A stretch of DNA of 64,000 bases from a virus: the IMG/VR virus record IMGVR_UViG_3300020421_003230, positions 32,001 to 96,000 of that record; one strand, 5' to 3'. A model generated the notes under the pieces. The model was not told the DNA's origin. It did not search any database and worked only from the letters and a program-made list of their open reading frames with translations. Both the position numbers and the translations under genes were made by a program. Shown here one piece after another: positions 10,431 through 19,477 of the stretch; within the stretch, counting starts at the first letter, position 1, and every line of letters starts with the position of its first letter.

Positions 10431-11444
10431 ATGTTAAAAAACATTGACCCAACAAATAAGTCAATAAAACCATTTAAAGTTCACAAAAACTTCACTCTCA
10501 CTAATAACGATAGTGGGAGTGGACACTTTGTGTTAAAAGCTGAAAGTGGTTCTATATATAATTTCAGTACAGGTTCTGCTGCTTCACAATCCTTTGGTAC
10601 ATATAATGTTACTGCAAGTAATTACTCTATGGGTACATTTTATAATCTACCCAATTGGCATTCAGTAAATCAATTATATTACAAACGAAGTAATGAACCT
10701 TATGGTAATTTTGGTAAGAACGATACTCGTAAAGTTAATCGTGAACTAAATTCTACCGCTCGAGTATTTACAATTCCAAGAGATTTATTTGGTGAACAAA
10801 TAAAACCTGGTAGTATAAAATTAGATGTTACAATAAATGGTATCGAATATAATTTAAGAGATGATGGTGATGGTAACATTTATGATAATGCACATTCAGC
10901 AAGTTTTGCTGCATTTAAATCAAGTTCATTTAGTAGAGGAGAAGGTGTTCTATCTAATGGAAGTGGAAGTGAAGTAGGAAATGTTATCTATGAACATGGA
11001 CAGATAATTCTTACTGATACTGGTTCTTATAAAGAAGCTGGTACAAGTACAGGCCACACATTAAAATATAAAGCAACACAAACAATATATGAACATGAAT
11101 ACATTGTTAGTATTGAACCATTTGAGTTTAATAGAACAATGAATATAAGTACCACTTATCAACGAAGTGGTAGTTTAACTATAACAGAGGGAAGTGTTTC
11201 TATGAGTAGATTCTTCCCACCAGGTGACCAACCAAGTGGTGCGGGAACTGGTAGTTTCAAAACATTCTATAATGCGGCTGATAAGTATGAGGGGTTTGTA
11301 ACTCACTCAGAATTCCAACCATATTGTAGTACCGTAGGACTTTATAATGATAAAGAAGAATTACTGGCTATTGGTAAATTAGCTAAACCAGTAAAATTGG
11401 ATACGGATGTTACAACAAATATAGTTGTGAGATTTGATATATAA
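10431..11444 (+). CDS. Virion structural protein, paralogue of 9415-10419
   Basis: 'GEQIKPGS...LRDDGDGN' and 'YCSTVGLYNDKEELLAIGKLAKPVK..IVVRFD' align with the upstream gene (REKIDPGN..LIDDSG; VGLYND..ELLA..KL.KP). Confidence 0.65.
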   Translation: MLKNIDPTNKSIKPFKVHKNFTLTNNDSGSGHFVLKAESGSIYNFSTGSAASQSFGTYNVTASNYSMGTFYNLPNWHSVNQLYYKRSNEPYGNFGKNDTRKVNRELNSTARVFTIPRDLFGEQIKPGSIKLDVTINGIEYNLRDDGDGNIYDNAHSASFAAFKSSSFSRGEGVLSNGSGSEVGNVIYEHGQIILTDTGSYKEAGTSTGHTLKYKATQTIYEHEYIVSIEPFEFNRTMNISTTYQRSGSLTITEGSVSMSRFFPPGDQPSGAGTGSFKTFYNAADKYEGFVTHSEFQPYCSTVGLYNDKEELLAIGKLAKPVKLDTDVTTNIVVRFDI

Positions 11445-11451
11445 GTAACCC

Positions 11452-11486
11452 GATTACGAAATTTTTTTTCGTGATTAGATATTTAT
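11452..11486 (+). promoter_or_regulatory. Hairpin (possible terminator) followed by the ATATTTAT promoter-like motif
   Basis: GATTACGAAA...TTTCGTGATT inverted repeat directly after the structural operon, then ATATTTAT at 11479-11486. Confidence 0.4.
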
Positions 11487-11561
11487 TATTGTAAATTAAG
11501 GCTACAAAATACTGCTGACCTCTAGCAGGGTTTATATTAATACAACATATAAAGGAAAACG

Positions 11562-14426
11562 ATGAAAAAGTTTTTAGGTTTATTAACTTTGTTATTGGGA
11601 ATGGCGACTGCCCAGGAACCAATTATCAGAGTTATGCAAATAGGAGATTGGTCTACACCAGCTATGTGGTGGAAAGACACGGTTACACAAGATTTAGATA
11701 CATTCTTGGCACAAGATGCAACTAAACCAGCTGAAGATAATAATAACTTCGATATTTGGAGAGATAAAGTATTGGAGATGGAAGTTACTTTAGATGATAA
11801 AGGTGCAGATGTTACTACATTCAGAATAGATATCGCATTTGATAATGATTTAATCACTTGGGTAGAATCAGGTGAAACATCAGTTAATGCTTGGAGTCAA
11901 GGAAACTCACGAGTAGTTAAAGGTTCACATATAAGTGGTTGGACTGAGGGTGATAATGGAGAGAATGGTCATGATTATTCTTTTGAAGTAGTTCATTATA
12001 GTAATGTATCATATCAAGATTCATTAGCAGCTACAGGTAATTTAATTGAAGAATCAATATCAGATAATAGATATGATTGGTTAAGAATTACTATGGTATC
12101 ACATGGAGTTGATGGTAACTCAGATGGAACACCAGATAAAACATTTGGTGGTGGTGATGGAGTACAAAAACAATTATTAAAATTTCAATTTTTAATCAAT
12201 GATGTAGTTGATGATTTTGCACCAAAGGCATTTAGAGTTGCTACTCAGTATGATGGAGCAGAGGGATACTACACTTATGTTTCTGATGATTATCTATTAG
12301 ATTATAAAGTTTACATAGATGGTAATTGGGGTGATTCATATGCAGGAGAAAGAACATTTAATGGTGCTGCTCGTGGAGATATCACACTACATCCAAAACT
12401 TGTGCAACTTGAGGGATACTTAAGATACATTGGTGAATGGATTGATACTGATAAAGATGGAACAAAAGATAGTGGTGAAGATTTTTCACAAAACAAATAT
12501 GCTATGATGAAAGTTATCTTTGAAGTAGATGAAACTAATCCAGATAATCTTTCTAATTGGAGAAACATAAGGGATATTAATTATCCAACAAGTTTAGTAG
12601 ATGAATCTTTAAACGATGATGTTATGGGAACTTATGATGAGTATTCAACGAATGCATTAGGATATCAACATATGAGATACTATGAACAAAATGCTGGAAC
12701 AACATCAGACCAAAAGATTCAGAATCAAGGATTTAAAGATGTAACTTATTGGTATTGGACATACACAGATGATAAAGGATATTTCAATATATCTTTACCA
12801 AGAAACAATAGATATAAAGTATCGTTCTGGCCACCAGAAGCAGATGATGTGGTTGGTGACCATACCACTTATCTATTAGATAGAGATGCAATTACAAATA
12901 TCAATGATGCTATTGCAGGATTTAATTTCCAATCAAATAAGTTTGATAATGAAGCAAATATTGAAATAGAATCACCAAGTGGATATTTAGTTGGTGATGT
13001 TGATGGTGATGATAGATATCAATTAAACGATTCGTATTTCTTATGGGCATACACAAGTGGAGTGTTCGATACAGATTACACACACTACAATGGTGAAACT
13101 TATCAACAATGGTCAAGTATTGATAATCTAAATGGAGATGACGACACTTATACTTACAAACAAGACTATGATGGATTTACAAGAAACCAAAGAGGAGAGT
13201 TCAGTATTTTTGTTGATGGTGATTTAGACCAAGAAACTACAGCACTAACTACAGACCAGGGTGGTATCATAAGATTGAATCCATTAATGAATGATGTTGA
13301 GACCAGATTAGATATATTAAGTATTAAGGTTGGAGCAGGTAGTTCTACATTTGGTAGTGATGTTAATCCTGATTATTATTTTAATGAACCAGATGGTGGA
13401 AATGGTTCTAAACAAGTAGATATTATTGGAACTACAAATGATTCTGATATTGGATTCTACTTTACAGGTGATGTAAACCTAACAGGTTTAAAAGTTGATA
13501 ACGATGGAACTGCAATAACACCAGTTGTAGATGGTACAACATATTATCGTTGGGGTAATTCACCACCAGATGAGTGGGCTAGAATCTCAGAAGATGGAAT
13601 GGGTAGAATGGCAATGAAATCATTCATGACAGACCATGATGTAACATTATCATTTCCAGCAGATTCAACTGTAAGAGTACAGAGTGGTGAGATTATAGAA
13701 GTACCATTACTGATTACACCAACAGAGGGTATTAATATTGCTGGGTTTGAATTTGAGGTAGAGTTCAATACAACCGAGTTAGATTTTATTGATATGAAAA
13801 CAGGTAACTTGCCAGGGCCATGGATGACCTATGTTAATGTAGGTGAAGTTGAAGAGGGATGGCAACGAGTACGATTTGGTGGATTAGATTATTCACCAGG
13901 TAATGCTCCTACTAACTATTGGGTTAATCAACCGATGAATGCATTAAAGTTAATGTTCAGAGCGGAGTTTCCTGATGAAGAATGGACAGAAGCTCCTATT
14001 AGATTCGTAGGAAAATATGCAGCAGGAAATCCAAATGGTGATGATTTAAGAATGGAACGATTAAGTGGTAAAGTAATGGTATGGAATAAGTATTGGGCAT
14101 TCGGTGGTGGAGAACCAGGTGAGGATGACATAACTTATAACTATCCAAATCCATTTAGAGAGAATACAAAGTTTCAGTTCTTTATAGACCAAATGGAGCA
14201 TGTAAAACTTTACATACTAAATTCTAATGGACAATACATTGGAACACTATTAGATGAAGTAGTTGATAGTGGTATACATACATTTGATTTCACAAACGAA
14301 CCAAGTGTGTGGTTACCAGAAGTAAGTGTATATGAGAATCATCAAACTTTAGAACCTGGTGTTTATATATTTGTATTACAAACAGAGAATAGATTAAAAG
14401 CTAATAAATTCACGGTGGTGAAATAG
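11562..14426 (+). CDS. Secreted cohesin/dockerin-like protein with T9SS type A C-terminal sorting domain
   Basis: Sec signal MKKFLGLLTLLLGMATA|Q. Cohesin-like segments ('LEMEVTLDD..VTTFRIDIAFDNDLITW', 'SGEIIEVPLLI..IAGFEFEVEFNTTELDF'). Dockerin/EF-hand-like 'GDVDGDDRYQLNDS'. CTD 'NYPNPF..T.FQF..VKLYILNSNGQYI..LEPGVYIFVLQ..KFTVVK'. Confidence 0.85.
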   Translation: MKKFLGLLTLLLGMATAQEPIIRVMQIGDWSTPAMWWKDTVTQDLDTFLAQDATKPAEDNNNFDIWRDKVLEMEVTLDDKGADVTTFRIDIAFDNDLITWVESGETSVNAWSQGNSRVVKGSHISGWTEGDNGENGHDYSFEVVHYSNVSYQDSLAATGNLIEESISDNRYDWLRITMVSHGVDGNSDGTPDKTFGGGDGVQKQLLKFQFLINDVVDDFAPKAFRVATQYDGAEGYYTYVSDDYLLDYKVYIDGNWGDSYAGERTFNGAARGDITLHPKLVQLEGYLRYIGEWIDTDKDGTKDSGEDFSQNKYAMMKVIFEVDETNPDNLSNWRNIRDINYPTSLVDESLNDDVMGTYDEYSTNALGYQHMRYYEQNAGTTSDQKIQNQGFKDVTYWYWTYTDDKGYFNISLPRNNRYKVSFWPPEADDVVGDHTTYLLDRDAITNINDAIAGFNFQSNKFDNEANIEIESPSGYLVGDVDGDDRYQLNDSYFLWAYTSGVFDTDYTHYNGETYQQWSSIDNLNGDDDTYTYKQDYDGFTRNQRGEFSIFVDGDLDQETTALTTDQGGIIRLNPLMNDVETRLDILSIKVGAGSSTFGSDVNPDYYFNEPDGGNGSKQVDIIGTTNDSDIGFYFTGDVNLTGLKVDNDGTAITPVVDGTTYYRWGNSPPDEWARISEDGMGRMAMKSFMTDHDVTLSFPADSTVRVQSGEIIEVPLLITPTEGINIAGFEFEVEFNTTELDFIDMKTGNLPGPWMTYVNVGEVEEGWQRVRFGGLDYSPGNAPTNYWVNQPMNALKLMFRAEFPDEEWTEAPIRFVGKYAAGNPNGDDLRMERLSGKVMVWNKYWAFGGGEPGEDDITYNYPNPFRENTKFQFFIDQMEHVKLYILNSNGQYIGTLLDEVVDSGIHTFDFTNEPSVWLPEVSVYENHQTLEPGVYIFVLQTENRLKANKFTVVK

Positions 14427-14432
14427 GAAAAG

Positions 14433-15308
14433 ATGATGAAAAAAATAGTATTAGGATTGTTGATGATTGGAACTTTGTTTGGACAAGTAAATAGTGTCCT
14501 TACAATTTCACCTACAGCAAGTGAAACAATATTGGGTAACCAATCACTTGCTTTTAGAAATCCAGCAATGAATAATTTAAACCTTATTGATTCTACTTCA
14601 AATATTAGTTTTACTAATGTTAAATGGTTAGGAAACATTGTAGATGATATGGGTTTCAATTACATAGAGTTTAGAAAAGGTAAATTAGATTACTCACTTT
14701 TATACTTTAATTATGGTGAACAAAAGTTTGCTGATGAGAGTGGTATTGTAAGTGGTAATTTTTCACCAAATACAATAGTTGCTTCAGTAGGATGGGGAAC
14801 TGATATATTATATAAAGGTGAGAGAATAGATAGTGTGGCACTTGGTTTCAGAGGAAAAGTTGTTGCACATGATTTATATACTGAAAAGACTGATGGGATG
14901 ATGTTTGATATTGGTGTTCACTTTCATAAACTATATGGAGCAGTTAACTTAGATTTAATGGTTTCAAATTTAGGTATTATGACAAAGATGAATGGATATG
15001 AAATAGACCAACCAACAGCATTAAATGTTGGGTTTAATATTCCGATTAAAAACAAATGGAATATTTATAACCAATGGAATCTTTACGATGGATATCATAC
15101 ACATGGTCAAGGTGTTTCTTATAACTTTAAAGATATGTTATGGGTAAATGCTGGGTACTACAATGATGTAGAACATGAGTTAAATTATTCATCAATAGGT
15201 ATGGATTTAAAATACGAGAAGTGGAAGTTTGGATTTGGGGTTCTCAATGGTGATGAAAACCATCCATTAAAAAATACATTATTACTAACAATAAATATGG
15301 AGATGTAA
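14433..15308 (+). CDS. PorV/PorQ-family outer-membrane beta-barrel (T9SS shuttle-like)
   Basis: Signal peptide; 'LTISPTAS..ILGN...NPA....ISFTNVKWL...YFNYG...SGNFSPN...DIG' matches the PorV pattern (LxIxPxAR..MG..NPA); immediately follows a T9SS cargo gene. Confidence 0.75.
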   Translation: MMKKIVLGLLMIGTLFGQVNSVLTISPTASETILGNQSLAFRNPAMNNLNLIDSTSNISFTNVKWLGNIVDDMGFNYIEFRKGKLDYSLLYFNYGEQKFADESGIVSGNFSPNTIVASVGWGTDILYKGERIDSVALGFRGKVVAHDLYTEKTDGMMFDIGVHFHKLYGAVNLDLMVSNLGIMTKMNGYEIDQPTALNVGFNIPIKNKWNIYNQWNLYDGYHTHGQGVSYNFKDMLWVNAGYYNDVEHELNYSSIGMDLKYEKWKFGFGVLNGDENHPLKNTLLLTINMEM

Positions 15309-15309
15309 A

Positions 15310-15348
15310 ATGAAAAAATGTGATTGTTGTGATTGTAATTGTTGCTAA
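15310..15348 (+). CDS. Cys-rich micro-ORF MKKCDCCDCNCC (not in ORF track)
   Basis: ATG AAA AAA TGT GAT TGT TGT GAT TGT AAT TGT TGC TAA. GGAG at 15299-15302 lies 7 nt upstream; the ORF fills the gap between two genes. Confidence 0.5.
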   Translation: MKKCDCCDCNCC

Positions 15349-15363
15349 CTAAGGAGAAATAAA

Positions 15364-15744
15364 ATGGCAAAAGATATAGAGAAAGCTATTGAAGAAGTTA
15401 AAGGAAAAAAATTCGGAGTATCAATTAACAATATTATTGCTATTGTTACTTTTCTTTCTACCGCAATTGCTGGGTGGTATAGTTTTACTGGCCGCATTGA
15501 TTCATTGGAAGAAGTAGTACAAGGTTTTGCAGAAGCAAGTGATATAGAAATTGTAACCAATAACTTCAACAATATTGATGAAGAATTAAAGTATCTACGA
15601 GAAAAGGTAGATGCACTAAAAACACCAAAAGTGAAATCATACGATGGTGATATAATTAAACTACAGAATGAGATTGATAAATTAAAAAGTGAAATCTCAA
15701 GGTTAGAGAAATTATTAAAAGACCCATTGGCTGATTTCAAGTAA
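15364..15744 (+). CDS. Single-pass membrane protein with coiled coil
   Basis: Hydrophobic IIAIVTFLSTAIAGWY followed by heptad repeats; AAGGAG RBS; resembles 20092-20418. Confidence 0.7.
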   Translation: MAKDIEKAIEEVKGKKFGVSINNIIAIVTFLSTAIAGWYSFTGRIDSLEEVVQGFAEASDIEIVTNNFNNIDEELKYLREKVDALKTPKVKSYDGDIIKLQNEIDKLKSEISRLEKLLKDPLADFK

Positions 15745-15752
15745 GGAGCTAA

Positions 15753-16148
15753 ATGAGTAAATTAATAAAACTATTAATTGTTGTGGTTTTGTTTGGAGTA
15801 GGTTCTCAAGTATTCGGACAGGATGCATATGATACACCTGAAGAACGAGATAGAAAAATCCAAATACAAGAACAACGAGAACAAAGAATAGCAAACCAAT
15901 CTATGATGTATAAACGTCAACAGATGAAAAGATTTCATATGATGGATTCTGAAGATAGAAGAGAGTTTCGTATAAAACGATATCATCTAAAGAAACATCA
16001 AATGAAAAAGAAGAAACAAAAGAGAATAGTTACTCTTATGGTTGTAGGTGTAACATCTTATGTTATTGGATATGAAATGGCAAAAGATGAACACAGATAT
16101 AAAAAACATGGATGGGAAACAAAACCATCCGATAATTGGAGAAAGTAA
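15753..16148 (+). CDS. Exported/membrane basic hypothetical protein
   Basis: Signal peptide ending VFG|Q, K/R/Q-rich helix, second hydrophobic segment IVTLMVVGVTSYVIG; AAGGAG RBS. Confidence 0.65.
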   Translation: MSKLIKLLIVVVLFGVGSQVFGQDAYDTPEERDRKIQIQEQREQRIANQSMMYKRQQMKRFHMMDSEDRREFRIKRYHLKKHQMKKKKQKRIVTLMVVGVTSYVIGYEMAKDEHRYKKHGWETKPSDNWRK

Positions 16149-16786
16149 TGAAAAAACTATTACTATTATCGTTAATGGTTTTGATGGGATGTGCTGCATC
16201 AGTATCAACGGAACAATATGTTGGTGAGTATGAAAAGCAGAAATCATTGGATGAGATAGAAATTACTAAAGTTGATAATCTAAAGATTTTGGATGTTAAG
16301 TTCAATAAAGAACTTGAAGATAGATATCCAGAACTTGGAGATAAACGAGTTGCATTTGGGTTAAACCAAGAACTTGCAAATGTAATTTCATTCATCGGTA
16401 GATTTAATCTTGTTGAGGGAGATAGAGATGTACAATTATCTATCATCAACGATTTGAAAGCTAACGATGCAAAAATAGAAAAAACCAAATATACTGCTTA
16501 TGTAACCATTTATGATTTCGCTGTTAACTTAAAAGAAGATATCAAGGCTGGTAAAGTTCAAACAATAAACGAAACTATTGTTGGTATCCAAGTTAAAGTA
16601 ATCAATAATGAAAATACTCAGTATGTAGTTGGAAGTGGACAAGGAAGAGCATCCACCATAGGACAAGGATTTTTAAAGAATCCTAATATGGAATGGAATC
16701 AATCTTCTTTAAGTTCTGCATCTAACAAGGCTATGGAAACAGCTGTTGTCAATGTTATCAAAGCAATTGACAAACGAGGTTGGTAG
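16148..16786 (+). CDS. CsgG/HfaB-like lipoprotein
   Basis: Likely start is the ATG at 16148 (TAATG coupling); lipobox MKKLLLLSLMVLMG|C. 'GRFNLVE..YVTIYDF..TIVGIQVKVIN..VGSGQGRA..FNQS-like WNQSSLSSASNKAMETAV' follows the CsgG-family fold pattern. Confidence 0.7.
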   Translation: MKKLLLLSLMVLMGCAASVSTEQYVGEYEKQKSLDEIEITKVDNLKILDVKFNKELEDRYPELGDKRVAFGLNQELANVISFIGRFNLVEGDRDVQLSIINDLKANDAKIEKTKYTAYVTIYDFAVNLKEDIKAGKVQTINETIVGIQVKVINNENTQYVVGSGQGRASTIGQGFLKNPNMEWNQSSLSSASNKAMETAVVNVIKAIDKRGW

Positions 16787-16791
16787 AATGA

Positions 16792-17778
16792 ATGTGGCAG
16801 AGAGTTTTATTATTTGTAGTATTACTTTGTAGTACACTCTCTGCCCAAGGCTTTCTATATAGTTATATTGACCCTTGTAACCAAACCGTCATTCGTGATA
16901 ATTACAATATACAAAATGCGGAGGGTGGTTTCTTTGTTACATATTATAACAAATCTAAATTTTTTACATTCGAACAATTATTAAATGGTGAATTAGAATC
17001 TTGGGCAGAAAATGTATATGATGATTTTGAGGATTTGTTTCCTTGTGCCGTTAGGGTTGCTGAGGAAATATTAGCATCGGTATTGGCGAGTAATGCCACA
17101 GAACAATTTAGTAAACAAGATGTAAGTAATGATGTGGGTGCAGTTAATTATGGTATCAAAACATCACCTACTGTAGATAGTAGTTGGGTTACATCGTTTA
17201 ATAGTATTTATACCAGAGAAAGTTTTGATGGTAAATCAAGGTATGATGGTAATGTTAATTTTACAGATGATTTCAGTAGATTCAGTGCATCGTATGGACA
17301 AGGAATAAACTTTCTTGCAAAAAAACAAAATCAAGTGTTAAATGCTTCAGGTGTTTTCTTTAAAACATTTGAGGGTAGTGATTGGTTAGTATCAACATCA
17401 TATGCAAAATCACTTGTAAAAAAGAATACCGAAGTAATTGTGTTGACTGGTGCATATGGAAGTGTTAGTGACCAGATGTTTGGTAATCTATCTGTATTGT
17501 ATGGTATGAGAACACCGATAGAATTATCGTTTGGTAAAGTAACATTTACTAATTATATTAGTTACACATTATTACGATATTATAAAGGATTAAATTCAGG
17601 AAAACAATATTTATTATTGAAGAGTCCTATTATCTTAATGCCAACACTCTCTTTTGATTTTCAATTGAGTCAGGCGTTTAAAGTTAACTTAGGATTCTCA
17701 ATGGGGTATAACACAGTTGTGAATGATTATGGTGAGAGAACTAAAACATATGCCATAATGTTTGGAACTTACTTTTAG
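16792..17778 (+). CDS. Putative outer-membrane beta-barrel protein
   Basis: Signal peptide (LSA|Q), amphipathic strands in the C-terminal half, terminal BAM-type motif 'YAIMFGTYF'. Confidence 0.65.
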   Translation: MWQRVLLFVVLLCSTLSAQGFLYSYIDPCNQTVIRDNYNIQNAEGGFFVTYYNKSKFFTFEQLLNGELESWAENVYDDFEDLFPCAVRVAEEILASVLASNATEQFSKQDVSNDVGAVNYGIKTSPTVDSSWVTSFNSIYTRESFDGKSRYDGNVNFTDDFSRFSASYGQGINFLAKKQNQVLNASGVFFKTFEGSDWLVSTSYAKSLVKKNTEVIVLTGAYGSVSDQMFGNLSVLYGMRTPIELSFGKVTFTNYISYTLLRYYKGLNSGKQYLLLKSPIILMPTLSFDFQLSQAFKVNLGFSMGYNTVVNDYGERTKTYAIMFGTYF

Positions 17779-17787
17779 GAGAAAAAA

Positions 17788-18306
17788 ATGAGAAAACTAA
17801 TTATGATATTATTAATGATGGGATTTGGATATACACAATCTCTACCACAACCAGCAATAGTTGGTGAGGATGTAGAGTTCCCTACATTAAAGATATCACA
17901 GTTTGTTAAGGTGGATGAATCTGTTGGTGTAATGGATGATAGAGTTACTATGGGTATTAGACAATTACTCGAAGAACAATTTCAAGATACACGATATAGA
18001 TTAACAGAAGATGAGAATGCTGATTATACTGCTAATGTAGAAGTACTTTATATTGGTAAACCAAATGAGGCATTTAGTTTGGCAGGTTTATTCAATAGAA
18101 GAAATCAGAAAACAGAAGTTAGAATACTTTTAAACTTAGTACAAAATTTAGAAGGTGTACAGAGAAGTTATCGTGGAGTTGGTGAAACATCCACACAAGT
18201 ATCTGCTGCTGGTTTACAGATTCAAGAGGATGTAGAGTTTGGTAAATCCGAGTTAGGTGGTTCTTTGAAAAAGGCCATTGAGGATGCTCTTGAAAATATA
18301 GAATAG
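17788..18306 (+). CDS. Exported protein, CsgG-like/periplasmic alpha-beta fold
   Basis: Signal peptide; 'MGIRQLLEE..YRL..VEVLYIG..TEVRILL..GVGE...FGKSELGGSLKKAIEDAL' parallels the lipoprotein at 16148. Confidence 0.5.
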   Translation: MRKLIMILLMMGFGYTQSLPQPAIVGEDVEFPTLKISQFVKVDESVGVMDDRVTMGIRQLLEEQFQDTRYRLTEDENADYTANVEVLYIGKPNEAFSLAGLFNRRNQKTEVRILLNLVQNLEGVQRSYRGVGETSTQVSAAGLQIQEDVEFGKSELGGSLKKAIEDALENIE

Positions 18307-18314
18307 GAAGTAAT

Positions 18315-19067
18315 ATGTTACTAAAACATTGGCCACAAAAACGCAGAGAATGGGTAATAGGTGGTTTTTTAAATATACTATTTATATTGTGTATAGTTGG
18401 TACTCGTTATTATTATGCACAAGAAGAAATGGAATTCTTGAGAGAGGATTCTGCAAGACAAGATATCTTGATTGAAGAATTAAGAGATTCTGTAGATGTA
18501 TTGAAATTGCAGAATGATGAAATACTTACAGATTTACATGACCACGATAAAACTCGTGGATATGAGAATTATAAATTAAAAAAACAAATGGTTGAGTTTC
18601 AAGTAGAACTTGATACAATAAAAAAGCAACTTTCTGATGGACTTGTTTATACTTATAATAAAGAGGAATATTCAAGTGGAGCAGGTGTTGTACCATTCGA
18701 AAAAGAATTTGGAACACAAGGTAACTATCTAAGAGTATTTGGTAGGACTGGTGTTGCAATGGTAAACGATAGTATTGTAGATTCAGAAACCGATGTAGGG
18801 TTTGCGGGTGAATTACAAATAGGAGAACCTGAGATTGTCGAGGGTGAAATAAAAGGTGAATATTATGCCGAAGTTCCTACGATTGATTTTCAAGGATTAA
18901 AATTAACTGGTAGAAGAAGTAATCCATTTAAAATTAAACCACCAAGAAATCAAATAAGTATAGGGCCCTTTGCTGGTATAATCTACAATCAAACAACAGG
19001 ATTAACTGAACCTGTTATAGGATTCGGAGTTTCATATAATGCATTCAAAGTATGGGATTGGAGATAA
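18315..19067 (+). CDS. Membrane-anchored coiled-coil protein with C-terminal beta-hairpin (possible lysis/spanin-like)
   Basis: N-terminal TM helix, coiled coil, C-terminal 'ISIGPFAGIIY..PVIGFGVSYNAF'; adjacent to a holin-like gene. Confidence 0.5.
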   Translation: MLLKHWPQKRREWVIGGFLNILFILCIVGTRYYYAQEEMEFLREDSARQDILIEELRDSVDVLKLQNDEILTDLHDHDKTRGYENYKLKKQMVEFQVELDTIKKQLSDGLVYTYNKEEYSSGAGVVPFEKEFGTQGNYLRVFGRTGVAMVNDSIVDSETDVGFAGELQIGEPEIVEGEIKGEYYAEVPTIDFQGLKLTGRRSNPFKIKPPRNQISIGPFAGIIYNQTTGLTEPVIGFGVSYNAFKVWDWR

Positions 19068-19090
19068 TCTCATGATAAAGGAGATGAACA

Positions 19091-19336
19091 TTGATAGAGG
19101 AATACTTGGAATATGGTGCTATCGGAGTGATTATAACATTGTTTGCAGGAATGATAAAATTCTTACAACAATCGTTAATTAAAAAGTTAAACGAGGTTTC
19201 AGAAATCTGTATAAAGTTGATAGATAGATGGAATAGAAGTGATGAAGTTAGGGATAGGAGACATGAACAAATGATAGAACAAATAAATCGTATCACCGAA
19301 GCTTTAAATTACTTGAAAGGGAGAGATGCCAAATAG
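19091..19336 (+). CDS. Putative holin-like small membrane protein
   Basis: 81 aa; one N-terminal TM (YGAIGVIITLFAGMI) plus charged coiled tail, similar to BhlA/UviB-type architecture; TTG start with AAGGAG RBS. Confidence 0.5.
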   Translation: MIEEYLEYGAIGVIITLFAGMIKFLQQSLIKKLNEVSEICIKLIDRWNRSDEVRDRRHEQMIEQINRITEALNYLKGRDAK

Positions 19337-19466
19337 AAACGCAAAAACAAGAAAACAAAGAAGACAAAAACTAAATGCTAAGTGGTCTCGTGAGGGAAGA
19401 ACTGCTAACCAACATAAAAAGTGGAAAGCAAAACAACCACAAACTTCTATATCAAAATATAGATAA
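19326..19466 (+). CDS. Small highly basic protein, 46 aa (not in ORF track)
   Basis: MPNRNAKTRKQRRQKLNAKWSREGRTANQHKKWKAKQPQTSISKYR*; fills the gap, preceded by GGGAG. Confidence 0.65.
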   Translation: MPNRNAKTRKQRRQKLNAKWSREGRTANQHKKWKAKQPQTSISKYR

Positions 19467-19477
19467 GGAGAATAACT

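Noticed and set aside
11562-18306. Bacterial chromosomal DNA or prophage boundary
   Set aside because: Similar AT-rich composition by eye, same strand and same upstream motif as flanking phage genes; no integrase, att-like site or housekeeping genes. Chimeric assembly cannot be fully excluded without reads.
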